Source: Eledone cirrhosa
Lineage: Eukaryota
Assembly (NCBI GenBank): GCA_964016885.1
Contig: OZ024757.1
Span: 43,462,001-43,526,000, forward strand
Direction: 5' to 3'
DNA: 64,000 bases
Numbering within the stretch: position 1 is the stretch's first letter; the number at the start of each line of letters is the position of its first letter. A program made the translations under genes and the position numbers. A model generated the notes under the pieces. That model searched no databases, was not told where the DNA came from, and saw nothing but the letters and a program-made list of their open reading frames with translations. Positions 45,941 to 64,000 of the stretch are shown here, one piece after another.

Positions 45941-47010
45941 TCAAGTTTAGGATTAGCAATGAGTATAGCGAGGAATTTAGCGTACAGGTTGGTGTCCACC
46001 AGGGCTCTGTTCTTAGACCTCTCCTGTTCACCATAGTCCTGCAGGCAATAACGGAGGAGTTTAAGAGCGGATGCTCATGGGAACTCCTGTATGCTGATGA
46101 CCTCGCACTTATAGCTGAATCTATGGTAGAACTAGAGAAGAAATTCCAAACTTGGAAGCAGGGACTAGAAAGAAAGGGTCTCAAAGTCAACATGACAAAG
46201 ACTAAGGTCCTTGTAAGTAGACGAGAAAACAGAACCCAGATCCCCTCAGAGAAATAGCCTTGCTCAGTATGTAGGTAGGAACTCCATTCTCTGCCCCAAA
46301 TGCAAACAATGGGTACACAAGAGATGTAGCGGGATCTCAGGAAGCATAATTAAGAATGTAGGCTTTACATGCAGCAGCTGTACTGGGACAGCAAGTAGCG
46401 AACAGCCACAGGAAACAAGTACCACCAATCTCTGGGAGGGCTCTGTAGAGACAGTAGACAGCTTCTGCTACCTAGGTGACCGAATTAGTAGCGGAGGTGG
46501 CTGTTCAGAAAGTACAATAACTAGGGTAAGAACGGGATGGAAGAAGTTCAGGGAACTACTACCACTGCTAGCTGCAAAACGCTTCTCCCTCAGAATGAAA
46601 GGCAGACTGTATGATGCTTGTATCCGAACAGCAATGTTACATGGTAGTGAGACCTGGGCGCTGAAGGTGGAAGACCTACGTAGATTAGAGAGTACCCGAC
46701 CTCCCATGGGTACAAGCTGAAGCATATAGACAATATGCCCCCACCACAAGGTGGTCGTGGAGGTGCCATGGCAAAAAAGCACCCAGCCCACACTGTAAAG
46801 TGGACATGTAGGCACCACGAAAAATCACCCAGCACTCACTGTAAATGAGGTTGGTGTTAGGAAGGGCATCCAGCTGTAGAAATCAAGCCAAATCAGTTCC
46901 TGTATGAGCAAGGCATGGTCAGCCGACCAGACACTGCCCACAATAGGACAACCCGTCTAACCCATGCTAGCGTGGAAGAACGGACGTAAAACGGTGATGA
47001 TGATGATGAT
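45941..47010 (+). mobile_element. RTE family B fragment, internally deleted and with stops
   Basis: [15 protein letters not shown]; deletion junction near 46691; (ATG)n tail. Confidence 0.9.
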
Positions 47011-47036
47011 ATATGTATATATTTCTGTTTACCTTT

Positions 47037-47039
<3 letters not shown>

Positions 47040-47070
<31 letters not shown>

Positions 47071-47814
47071 CATATACACATATATACATATACACATATA
47101 TATACATATACACATATATACATATACACATATATATACGTATACACATATACACATATATATACATATACACATATATATATACACATATATATATATA
47201 CACATATATATATATATACACATATATATACATATACACATATATATACATATACACATATATATACATATACACATATATATATACACATATATATATA
47301 TATACACATATATATACATATACACATATATATACATATACACATATATATACATATACACATATATATACATATACACATATATATACACATATATATA
47401 TACACATATATATACATATACACATATATATATACACACATATATATACACATATATATATACACATATATATATACATATATATATACACATATATATA
47501 CACATATATATACACATATATATACACATATATATACACATATATATACACATATATATACACATATATATACACATATATATACACATATATATACACA
47601 TATATATACACATATATATACACATATATATACACATATATATATACATATATATATACACATATATATACACATATATATACACATATATATACACATA
47701 TATATACACATATATATACACATATATATACACATATATATACACATATATATACACATATATATATACATATATATATACATATATATATACATATATA
47801 TATACATATACATA
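47040..47814. repeat. (TATACA/TACACA)n compound microsatellite
   Basis: Direct inspection. Confidence 0.95.
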
Positions 47815-48163
47815 TCATCATCATCATCATCATCACCGTTTTACGTCCGTTCTTCCACGCTAGCATGGGTTAGACGGGTTGTCCTGTTGTGGGCAGTGTC
47901 TGGTCGGCTGACCATGCCTTGCTCATACAGGAACTGATCTGGCTTGATTTCTACAGCTGGATGCCCTTCCTAACACCAACCTCATTTACAGTGAGTGCTG
48001 GGTGCTTTTTCGTGGCGCCTACACGTCCACTTTACAGTGTGGGCTGGGTGCTTTTTTGCCGTGGCACCTCCACGACCACCCCACGACCACCAAAGGTAAA
48101 GGTGATGCACTAGATAGAGGAAACTATAGAGGTATAAAGCTGATGGACCAGGTCATGAAAGTA
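47815..48163. mobile_element. Inverted family B 3' UTR (minus, 47815-48080) fused to a short plus-strand RT piece (48091-48163)
   Basis: Matches 40580-40840 reversed, then [24 protein letters not shown]. Confidence 0.85.
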
Positions 48164-48324
48164 TATACATATATATATACATATATATATACATATATAT
48201 ATACATATATATATATACATATATATATACATATATATATACATATATATATACATATATATATACATATATATATACATATATATATACATATATATAT
48301 ACATATATATATACATATATATAC

Positions 48325-48393
<69 letters not shown>

Positions 48394-48987
48394 TACATAT
48401 ATATATACATATATATATACATACATATACATATATATATACATATACATATATATATACATATACATATACATATATATATACATATACATATATATAT
48501 ACATATACATATATATATACATATACATATATATACATACATATACATATATACACATTCAGCGAAACCAAAGCCCAACCTAAGCTGAGAGAAATGAACT
48601 TACTTTAAAGCTTGAGTAGCAGCGCTGTTCCAAAGAAACTAAAGAAGAACACTGAAGCCCGAGTATATATATTCACCCTACACGTCTGGCGGGTTTTCTA
48701 TATATATATATATATACATATATGTGTGTGTGTGTGTGTAACCAGTATTGTCTGTAGGTGTGAGAATCTAAAACTGACACATTCTATTCAATCTATTTTT
48801 CAAACAAATAGTTGACATTTTACTTTACAATATTCTGGAAATTATCTCAGGTTATAGAATGGAAAGGATTGTTTATGTAATGAATATTGATGTGTCAGGG
48901 TTTTTTATGAGAACATCCTGTTAGAATCTCTTTGCCCTTGAGCCACACACACACACACACACACACATATATGTATATATATATAGT

Positions 48988-49429
48988 GAGAGGGGCCATC
49001 AGTACAAGTCAGCAGCAGTGTAGTAAGTAAGGCAATCAAAGATATGAAGATGGGGAAGGCAACCGGTCCAATGGGTATAGCTGCCGAGATGCTGAAGGCA
49101 TCTGGGTCGGTAGGTCACACTATAACCACACGTATTGTCAACCAGGTAATACTAGAGGGTCTCATACCAAAGAATTGGTGCAGCAGCATCATTGTCAACT
49201 GCTACAAAGGTAAAGGTGATGCACTAGATAGAGGAAACTATAGAGGTATAAAGCTGATGGACCAGGTCATGAAAGTAACAGAAAGAGTTATAGCACAGTT
49301 GATTATGGACTGGGTGAAACTAGATGAGATGCAATTTGGGTTTGTGCCAGGAAGAGGCACCACTGATGCCCTCTTCCTTGTGAAGCAGTTACAGGAAAAG
49401 TACCTAGCTAAAAGTAAGCTGCTCTACCT
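48988..49429 (+). mobile_element. RTE family B internal RT fragment
   Basis: ORF 49044-49466 near-identical to the start of 38915-40540. Confidence 0.9.
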
Positions 49430-49693
49430 GACTTTGAGGAAAATTATAGAAGCTAGATTCTTATAGAATTCCAGTAATAATTAGGAGCTGATTACACAGA
49501 GCGATTGCCGGTCCAACAAAAATTAGGTATTAGTATTGGGGCTCTGAAATAACGATGTATACATGAATGTATGTATAGTATATTTGGCAATATACTGTAT
49601 GTTTAATTAAAAACATTTAGAAGACCATTAGCTATCAATTTTAAAGTAGTGACTATGTCACTTACTTATATTTTTGGCAAATGCTGGGGGAAT

Positions 49694-49734
49694 GGCTGAC
49701 AGCTGTTTCTCGCTGCTTGGCATTTATCAAAGCC
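49694..49734 (-). ncRNA. Minimal hammerhead ribozyme, U3-A8 variant
   Basis: GGCT-TTGATAA-a TGC caa GCA gcga-GAAAC AGCT GTC-AGCC; palindromic stem/loop III, GUC site, stem II imperfect. Confidence 0.65.
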
Positions 49735-49936
49735 ACGCACTCACCTGACTTTGCTGAAAATTATAGAAGCTGGATTCTTATAAAATTCCAGTAATAATCC
49801 AATAAAAATCAGGAGCTGATTATACAGAGCGATTGCTGGTCTAGCAAAAATTCTCCTAGCGAAAATATAAGTAAGTGACATAGTCACTACTTTAAAATTG
49901 ATGGTTTTTGATGTGAAATCGTGCGTCGAAACAAAT

Positions 49937-50383
49937 ATTGTTATACTTGGAGAGGGTCATATTGTTGTAATAATATTGCCAGAAATAATAACAGAACACA
50001 CTCACTGTTTGGTTCAGTACTATACGAACGCGCCAGACAAAGACATGATGGTAATGTAAATATAGAAATTAAAATAATATCTAAACATAGAAATGCCTCA
50101 ACAGGTAGGTAAATCAGAGAAGCAACTGAGATAGAGCTAAGAAGACCAAAGTTAAACAGAAAAAATGAATGGAATAACAACAATCATACCCAAACAAACA
50201 ATACTGACTTAAGGGAAATATAAATAAATAAATAAATAAATATATATAGACACAAGTACAATAACAACAAACACATATAAACACACACTAGTGAACAAAG
50301 ATACAATACAAAAACACATACACTCAAATGCGAACACACACACCAAACATTATACACAAACGCAGAGACAGAGCAAGAAGAAA

Positions 50384-50430
<47 letters not shown>

Positions 50431-50524
50431 AAAAATAAAAATGGCATAGACATTACAATACAATAGGAGGGAACATAATAGTACCACTAACGATGTTGCA
50501 GATGTGCAACGAAAGAACTTTGAT

Positions 50525-50569
<45 letters not shown>

Positions 50570-50735
50570 CTGTATTTTTAACTGTTGGTCAATCAATGAT
50601 AAATATTGATTGCCAAATAAATTAATTATGGGGATATAAAAGATACAGAAGTGAAAACCAACCAAACAGTGAGTGTGTTCTGTTATTATTTCTGGTAATA
50701 TTATTACAACAATATGACCCTCCCCAAGTATAACA

Positions 50736-50739
<4 letters not shown>
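49937..50739 (+). mobile_element. Penelope-like remnant with ~78-bp inverted termini and a decayed hammerhead (50483-50524)
   Basis: GIY-YIG C-terminal remnant (SVLYERAR...RPKLNRKNEW); 49937-50014 is the reverse complement of 50662-50739. Confidence 0.8.
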
Positions 50740-50794
<55 letters not shown>

Positions 50795-51014
50795 GTATGT
50801 AGGTGTGAGAATCTAAAACAGAACCATTGTATTCAATTCACCAATACCAACAATACCATCAACTGTGTCAACTAAACTATGTGTGGATAAAGCCATAACT
50901 TCTAATGCTGTTGTAGGGGTACCCTAGTGACATACGCAGTGTTTTGGGTATTTTAAACCTGGTGGAGCTCCTCCCCTCCCTAGGTGTGAACATGCAGATT
51001 TCTTCCAGAGAGAG

Positions 51015-51170
51015 AGAATTGACCTCAGTACAAGACTGGTACTTTGTCAACCTCAAAAGAATAAAAGGTAAAGTTGACCTAAGCGGGATTTGAACTGAGA
51101 GAGCAGTGAGGGCCAAAACAAATACCACAAGTTATTTTCTCTGACGTTCTAATAGCTCTGCCAATTCACC
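51015..51170 (-). mobile_element. Diverged Nin/Deu-type SINE
   Basis: Reverse strand reads AGTTCAAATCCCGCTTAGGTCAACTTTACCTTT...AAAGTACCAGT. Confidence 0.6.
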
Positions 51171-51783
51171 ACCACCACCAACAACAACAACAATACCACC
51201 ACCACCAACAACAACACCATCACCACCAACTACAACAACAACAATACCAACACCAATTATAACAACAAGACTGCCACCACCACCAACACCACACCACACC
51301 ACCAACACCACCACCACTAACATCTCAACAAAATGTCTGATAAACTGGTTTTCTTAAAGAAATCTTTATTTCATGCAATGAAAAATATATTTTTATTTAT
51401 TTATCTGTTTCATTATTTTTTCTCACAGCCACATCACCCCACTACAATAGACCACATCCCACCACACTACAATAGACCAGACCACACTACACCACACTGG
51501 ACTCCAAACAACTCTTCTTACATAATTATAAACACATTAACCCTTTCATTACCATATTTTTAATGAAAGATACTGTCCTTTATAGTTTTCAAATATTTTT
51601 GAAAATAATCAAAAATTTATAGTCATATATATATATATATGTGTGTGTGTGTGTACGTACATCATCATCATCATCAACATCTTCGTTTAACATCCATCTT
51701 CCATGCTAGCATGGGTTATATATATATATATAAAATAAACTAAAATAAATAAGTCAAATATTTAAAATTTAGCTTCGTTTATT

Positions 51784-51838
51784 ACTGCTATATATATTTC
51801 GGTGACAGCTATCTTTGGCTGTGACCTCTTCAGGCAGT
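51784..51838 (-). ncRNA. Minimal type I hammerhead ribozyme
   Basis: ACTGC-CTGAAGA-GGTCACAGC...GCTGTCACC-GAAA-TATATATA-GCAGT. Confidence 0.8.
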
Positions 51839-52658
51839 CCGAATTAGTGTGGTAGAGACGAGTACACATGTTGTTGAGGTGTTAACTTTGTCAATACTCT
51901 GATATGCCCAGTTCCTGGTTGGGTTGTTGTTTCTATGAGGAACTGGAGTCATATGAATTTAAACAAACAAATTTCAGCATCAAAAGACATCCTCTCCTCC
52001 CATTGGTCAGTTGTGAGAACATTCCTCAGTCAAGAGTCTATAGAAATTCTTTCTGAGGCGAGGCCATCTGTAGTGGTTGTTTTCGTTATCAAGTACATCT
52101 GACCTCTACCCTTATGTTGGTAGTGGTGTTGGTGCTGGGGTCAGACTTAATTCCTGCTGCTGTTGATTTTAGGAGGATCTGTGTGTGTGTGTGTGTATTG
52201 GCATCTATCCTGCCACCATTTCGGGGGGGGGGGTCAAGCATATGAAGGAATAGGAGGCAATAAGATGAAGAAAATAAAAAATAAATAAATAATAAAAAAC
52301 AATAGAATGAAATGAAAAGGTAAAAGACTAAAAAATGCAAATAAAATAAAGAAAAGTAGAGTAAAATAAAATAAAATAATATAAGATAATTGTTTCTACT
52401 TTAGGCACAAGGCTAGCAATTACCCAGTGCATTACTGGTACTTTATTTTATCGACCCCGTAAGGATGAAAGGCAAAGTCAACCTCGGCGGGAAGATAATA
52501 TAAACAAATAAGTAAACAAAAAGAAGATAAAATGGTAGAAGAAAATGACTCCAGTTCCTCATAGAAACAACAACCCAACCAGGAACTGGGAATTTCAGAG
52601 TATTGACAAAGTAAACACCTCAACAACATGTGTACTCGTCTCTACCACACTAATTCGG

Positions 52659-52713
52659 ACTGCCTGAAGAGGTCACAGCCAAAGATGGCTGTCACCGAAA
52701 TATATATAGCAGT
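52659..52713 (+). ncRNA. Minimal type I hammerhead ribozyme
   Basis: ACTGC-CTGAAGA-GGTCACAGCC aaagat GGCTGTCACC-GAAA-TATATATA-GCAGT; intact core, 5-bp stem I. Confidence 0.82.
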
Positions 52714-52879
52714 AATAAACGAAGCTAAATTTTAAATATTTGACTTATTTATTTTAGTTTATTTTACATTACTCTGGAGTAACCAAACCAACCTGCGCAC
52801 CTCGTCGAGTGCTCCAATCTGCATACTGAGGTGTTGGTATACAACCAACATATACTTAAAATATATATACATATATATA

Positions 52880-53040
52880 TACTTTTGGAGGGCCATGCTG
52901 CCAATAGAAACACATGCAGTTGTTGGTTTTCACTTCAATTTATTACAAATTTCCAGTTGGTTAGTTTAATAACTGGATGGTTCTTTGTTTATTTTCAAAG
53001 CTCTTTCGTCACAGATTCTGTGACCTGCTCAGTAACTAAT
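52880..53040 (-). mobile_element. Diverged Penelope pLTR with decayed hammerhead
   Basis: Homologous to 25900-26094; CTGAGCA-g-GTCACAGA at TCTGTGAC-GAAAG. Confidence 0.65.
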
Positions 53041-53569
53041 TTGTTATTTTGTTCTGTCCTACATTATCTTGTTTTTATGTGTTGCATGCTGCGTATTTGT
53101 CACTTTAACCTTACAATGATACATTGATGTGTTACCACATAATTCTATCTCTACCACAACCCCACCCTCTCTCTCTTTATATAAATAAATTATTATTTGC
53201 TGAATACAAATTACTTAAAAGAACATATTAAAGTGTACTAACCATCCAATTATAACTATAACACCTGTGCATGCTCAAATTAGAGTATGTTTTGCCATAT
53301 TGTAGATGTAGCTCGTTGGTGCCTATCAATACGATCAACACTTCTAAATATAGATCAGATAACTAATAAAACACCATAGTATAGTGAAAAGGTGAACATG
53401 TCCTTGGCACAGCTTACTATACTAATACACACAAATACACTCCCACATACAATGGTATGGACAGAATGATGTGCACTGAAGTGTAACAACCTAGAATGTT
53501 GATGTGATAGGATGAAAGAATGTGTGAGAACGTCAGATAACCAGTGCAGGCTGTTTCAGTTGACATTAT

Positions 53570-53712
53570 AGGCAGCTACCTTAGATTTAGAAACTTCCCC
53601 CTATTACCCATCCACAAACCCAATGAATCCCTTAGATACATAGATGTTAATTCGAACCTCCCCACAAATATTACTAATAACTTAGTTAAAAGTGTCTCAC
53701 TTAGAATTTCCA

Positions 53713-53770
<58 letters not shown>

Positions 53771-54338
53771 CAAAGGAAATGTGGTAAGGAACCAGGTGGA
53801 CCATAACGCACCAAAGTACTCAATACTTAGGGTAGTAGAGTGGGTAATAGGAACAAGTAAGGCCCCGACGGCTGAGCTCAAGCCGTTTCGACGGCTAATT
53901 CTGTACCAAGGAAAAAAGTTCTCCATCTAAGTCTTTTCGCAAATAGGTCGATTTTTTGCGTGAGCATCCGAAGGTAAAGTTTTTTCGGTGGGATTGGGAT
54001 GTTCTTGGTAGAGAAGTCGATATTGTGTTTTCGCATGGTGCGGGTGAAAGAAATCGAGCTTAGCGGAAACGTCTGGATACGGCGTGGTAGGGTCGGAAAG
54101 TGCTCTACTACAGGGATAGGAGCTAGATAACGAAGGAAATGTGGTAAGGAACCAGGTGGACCATAACGCACCAAAGTACTCAATACTTAGGGTAGTAGAG
54201 TGGATAATAGGAACAAGTAAGACCCCGACAGCTGAGCTCAAGCCGTTTCAACGGCTAATTCTGTACCGAATTACAGAATGGTACAGAATTAGCCGTCGAA
54301 ACTGCTTGAGCTCAGCCGTCGGGGTCTTACTTGTTCCT
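53570..54338. mobile_element. Penelope-like fragments: RT C-terminus (plus, 53570-53715), ORF N-terminus (minus, 53905-54040) between two ~136-bp direct repeats, and a short inverted copy
   Basis: HKPNESLRYIDVNSNLP...SLRISSL; FSTKNIPIP...KRLRWRTFF; repeats 53772-53908 and 54132-54268, also homologous to 14000-14115. Confidence 0.7.
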
Positions 54339-54550
54339 ATATATATATATATATTATATAATGTTTATCCTGTATTCAATCGGGGGTAACTACAGTAAGT
54401 AAGGTACTCAATACATAGCAGAGTATAGATATTTAATATAGAAATAGCTTCTACAGGACTAGAACTGTTTCATTCGGGAGAAATCATCAAGAAAGCCCAA
54501 AACTGAGATTTGGGCTTAAATTTTACACACACACACACACACACTCAGAG

Positions 54551-54586
<36 letters not shown>

Positions 54587-54757
54587 GAAAAGTATAGAAA
54601 TTATTGTAGCAAGAAGCCAACAGTATTCCATAATATATATAAGTGACTATAGAGTCAAAATGGAAAAATAGTTAACGTAAGATGTGGGAAAATAATTCAA
54701 ACTGAATTCAAAAAGAATCAGGATATAGATTCATCCACAGAATATATATATATATAT

Positions 54758-55001
54758 ATTAGAAAATATATAGCTTTCACCGTATTTTTGACTAAAGGAA
54801 TTTTAGCTTGATAACGGGGTTTAGAACCGTCAGATAAATGGGAAAAGATGAGTATTGACGTACATGTACGTCAATACTCATCTTTTTCCATTTATCTGAA
54901 GGTTTACTCATCTTTTTCCATTTATCTGACGGTTCTAAACCCCGTTATCAAGCTAAAATTCCTTTAGTCAAAAATACGGTGAAAGCTATATATTTTCTAA
55001 T
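54758..55001. repeat. Spacer-less palindrome with ~105-bp arms and a 30-bp duplication in the right arm
   Basis: Centre GACGTACATGTACGTC at 54857-54872. Confidence 0.92.
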
Positions 55002-55038
55002 TTCAAACTCGCTCACTGTTTCAAAACATACTTACTTG

Positions 55039-55102
<64 letters not shown>

Positions 55103-55505
55103 ATATATATATTATATTACCTATATTACATTATATTATCTATACATAATATGAAAGAGAGATGTTTGTTGATTGGTTGGTTCCTTCGCGCATCACATAA
55201 AAATGAAAATTGACAATGGAAAAGTAAGTAGAGCAATGAAATAAGGGTATACCCAGGAAAGTTTATTGATACTAATTTTATAAAACCAAAGAAGAAAATC
55301 ACCCTGAGTATGCTAGCCAACCTGACTACTATTTCTAGCAGGTTGGGAACCAACCATAAGTGATTCTCTCTGCACGTTCGTTGTCAATGATGATTGTGTA
55401 CTTGGTAAAGCTGCTTGACAACGGGTTGTGCTTTAATTTAGAAATAGGTTTCAGATAATTTATAACAATACTTCCATTGTTATTGATACCAATGTTCCAA
55501 TAGTT

Positions 55506-55558
<53 letters not shown>

Positions 55559-55767
55559 AAATGTGTGAAATCCTTTTGCTATGTAGATCTGGTTAAAATT
55601 GTAAAATAGCAAAATTGTAAAATTTAAATATTATAAAACTACAAATGAAGTCATTATTTTCCTTTTATCATATATATGAGGTGTTTCCGTAGGAAAGATA
55701 AAGGAAAAGAGAGTGCTCTATGTAGGCTACAGAGCTTTTTAGTTATGTAATAAACAATACAAGATAA

Positions 55768-56455
55768 TTATTTCATTAGAACACAGGGGTAGATTAGAGA
55801 ACATAGAAATAAAAATAGAATCCACACACAGAAAAGATGCAATGTTTAGGCAAATTACAGAGGCAGTAAGCATAAAAGAATTACAACCAAAATTAAATAG
55901 AAAATATGAGTGGAACAGCAACATCACAACTTACAATTAAGGACAAAATGAAAACACACACAGGACAAAATGAAAACACACACACACATAGAACAAACAA
56001 CTTACAATTAAGGACAAAATGAAAACACACACAGGACAAAATGAAAACACACACACACATAGAACAACCAACCAACCAACAATAAATAAATAAATAAATA
56101 AACAAATAGATAAATGAACACAAACACACACAGACACCCGGATGTGGCGCATGCGCAAACTGAGCACACAACACACACACAGAAACAAAATGGCGTAGGA
56201 TAGAAGAAAGGAAAGGCACAGAAACAAAGAAAGGAATCCCCAGTCACTGAAGAGGTCACAGAGTGTGTGACGAAAGGACTATGACTATATATAAACAACT
56301 ATCTGGGTGTGGAACCAACCAACCAACCAACCAGAAATTTATAAGTTTGTAAATTTGTAAATTTATAAATTTATAAATATATAATAAATTGAAGTGAAAG
56401 CAACTGGTGCGTGTGTTTCTTATTGGCAACATGACCCTCCCAAAGTATAACAATA
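55768..56455 (+). mobile_element. Penelope-like 3' end and pLTR, same family as 25894-27209
   Basis: [16 protein letters not shown]...LNRKYEW then matching pLTR. Confidence 0.9.
56242..56286 (+). ncRNA. Minimal type I hammerhead ribozyme in the Penelope pLTR
   Basis: AGTCA-CTGAAGA-g-GTCACA gagtg TGTGAC-GAAAG ga CTA-TGACT. Confidence 0.8.
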
Positions 56456-57423
56456 TCGGTTTCAACACACGATTTCAGATAAAGAATCTTGCTAAACAAA
56501 TTCAGAAACGAAATATATAATAAAGGTTTAGCAAATAAGAAAAAGTTTTAAAATAAATATTAAAAAGTTCACTGTACCTGCTATAATTACCCTTACCACG
56601 CGGTTTCAAGTCTCAAAATAAATGGATAATCCATGCAGAAATTCATTGAGAAGAAGACTTTCGTCAGCGGGTTCTTCTCACTCGGAGAATATAAAATTCC
56701 TGAGTTCAAATCACGAACTGGCGCCATACAGAACTGTTCCCGGATGAGAGTGTATGATGAAGAAACAATTTTGTCTAGTGCTGTGTGTAAAGATAGAAGG
56801 TAGGGGCGGAAAGGTCAATGTACTGCCACTAGAAATAGCAGCAGTTAAAACGACCAAAATGTTATCTCGACCAGGGACATACGGTTGGATAATACATGTG
56901 TCCCTATATGCATTTTGCATGTAGGGAAACATAAATATATATATAATTATATATTTGTGTACAAATATTTTTGCATACACAAAAACAAAATATAAACAAA
57001 CGTATTTATTTCACAAAAGCACAGACAGCTTATCGTCATTGTTACTGCCGATATGCCACCCAAAAAGTCCCACTACTTTTGACACAAGGCCAGCAATTAC
57101 ATAGTCAACGGTTCGGAAATCACATGCATCACTGACGAGTTTATTCCTTACTCTACCAGTTAGTCTTAGTGTACTTCGTCCTGCTTTTAGGTCATATCTT
57201 GAAGGAAGAGATACTCCATTGGCCGAAATACTGCGAAAGCGGCGAGAAAAAGAACAAAGCGAGCAAACGAATCGTCAGTGGAATCTGCTATTCGACGGTC
57301 GCAAGGCCAAGGTATTCCGTACTTCTCTGTACTGTTTCAGAAAGAAGGGATAAACATGCCAATCTATGTTTAGAATCCCGAGCAACGCCAGGCCATTCTG
57401 CTAGTATATATATATTAATATAT

Positions 57424-57872
57424 ACACAGGTACAATAACAACAAACACATATAAACACACACTAGTAAACAAAGATAGAATACAAAAACAAAACCACATA
57501 CACTCAAACGTGAACACACACACCAAACATTATACACACACACACAAATGCATGCGCAGAGACGGACACAAGAATAAATAAATAAATAAATAAATAAATA
57601 AAATAAAAATGGTGTAGACATACAATACAACAGGAGGAAACATAATAGTACCACTGATGATGTTGCAGATGTGCAACAAAAGAACTTTGATAGACTATAT
57701 ATATTTATATCTGCATTTCTAACCATTGATCAATCAATGATAAACATTGATTGCCAAATAAATTAATTATGGAGATATAAAAGATACAGAAGTGAAAACC
57801 AACCAAACAGTGAGTGTGTTCTGTTATTATTTCTGGTAATATTATTACAACAATATGACCCTCCCCAAGTAT

Positions 57873-57879
<7 letters not shown>
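57424..57879 (+). mobile_element. Penelope pLTR, same family as 50250-50739, with decayed hammerhead (57650-57691)
   Basis: CTGATGA-t-GTTGCA gatg TGCAAC-aAAAG; G12 mutated to A. Confidence 0.8.
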
Positions 57880-57909
<30 letters not shown>

Positions 57910-57955
57910 AACGAGTAGGACCCCGACGGCAGGGGTATAACCTGTCACTCCTCCA

Positions 57956-60376
<2,421 letters not shown>

Positions 60377-61045
60377 TCATCATCATCATCATCATCAGGT
60401 TTAGTGTCCGTGTTCCACGCTTGCATGGGTTTGGACGGGGGTTTTCCCACTTGAGGCAAGAGTGGTTGTCTTGCTCGCAGGTTTTCTTGCTGGCGGGTTT
60501 TCTACAGTTGGATGCCCTTCCTAACACCAACCACATTTACAGTGTGGGGCTGGGAGGTTTTTACCGTGTTGCCTACATGGCCACATTACAGCGTGGACTG
60601 TCTGGCGGGTTTTCTACAGCTGGATGCCCTTCCTAACACCAACCACATTTACAGTGTGGGGCTGGGAGGTTTTTACCGTGTTGCCTACACGGCCACATTT
60701 ACAGCGTGGACTGTGTGTTTTTTGTCGTGACACCTACACGATCTCATTTGTTTCGGCCTGGATGTTGTGGGACCAACATAACTTTACATTGAAGGGGGCG
60801 GTGTGGATGGGGTGGAGGTGGTGGGACGGGGTGTGGGGTGGGGTGGGGGGGGAGGTGTTTTGATAGAGGTGCCTACTGACTGTAGTAGGTTTTTACTTTG
60901 TATTTAGGTAAGGCGGGTCTTCTCTATTACTGAGTACCGCCAAAGGTCTCGGTCCAGTGACATTGTCTTGGAGAGGTGTAAGCGTGTGAGGTCGGAATTT
61001 ATCAGCTCGTCCCATGTTTTTCTGGGTCTGCCTACTCCGTGGCTC
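60377..61045 (-). mobile_element. RTE family A 3' fragment
   Basis: Reverse complement of ~30583-31230 including the duplicated 3' UTR block; (CAT)n tail. Confidence 0.92.
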
Positions 61046-61049
61046 CGTG

Positions 61050-64000
<2,951 letters not shown>

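Larger units (their letters stand above)
51731..52766. repeat. ~220-bp inverted repeat pair (51731-51952 and 52545-52766), each arm carrying a hammerhead; SINE fragment in the spacer (52390-52490)
   Basis: Arms are near-perfect reverse complements. Confidence 0.9.

Noticed and set aside
54456-54498. TTGATGA...GAAAC hammerhead-like motif on the minus strand
   Set aside because: U3-G8 mismatch, weak stem II and offset stem I; too degenerate to call
56645-57150. CTGACGA boxes near 56670 (minus) and 57131 (plus)
   Set aside because: No correctly placed stem II-GAAA-stem III; only simple hairpins

Overview
Eukaryotic, AT-rich, repeat-saturated DNA whose SINE/LINE/microsatellite repertoire looks like a coleoid cephalopod, probably octopus (inference). 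The only host gene I can support is the 5' part of a CD109/alpha-2-macroglobulin-type thioester-protein (TEP) family gene on the minus strand. It has 10 small coding exons between 24677 and 1454 that splice in phase into 285 aa (signal peptide plus MG1-MG3) and run off the left end. The rest is mostly retroelements and repeats: RTE-type LINEs (one lineage with a PHD finger after the RT, sitting in (TA)n), a stack of Tx1/L1-clade elements all inserted in (GATA)n, a CR1-like LINE with a Myb/SANT+CCCH ORF1, Penelope-like GIY-YIG remnants, Nin/Deu-type tRNA SINEs, minisatellites and roughly 20 kb of (TA)n arrays. Most notable hidden signals: about a dozen minimal hammerhead-ribozyme motifs from several families, two with a compensatory U3-A8 core; a candidate -1 ribosomal frameshift cassette joining ORF1 and ORF2 of the CR1-like LINE; and splice donors of the TEP gene duplicated by a SINE target-site duplication and by a tandem repeat. 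All alignments and folds were done by eye; element boundaries are approximate.
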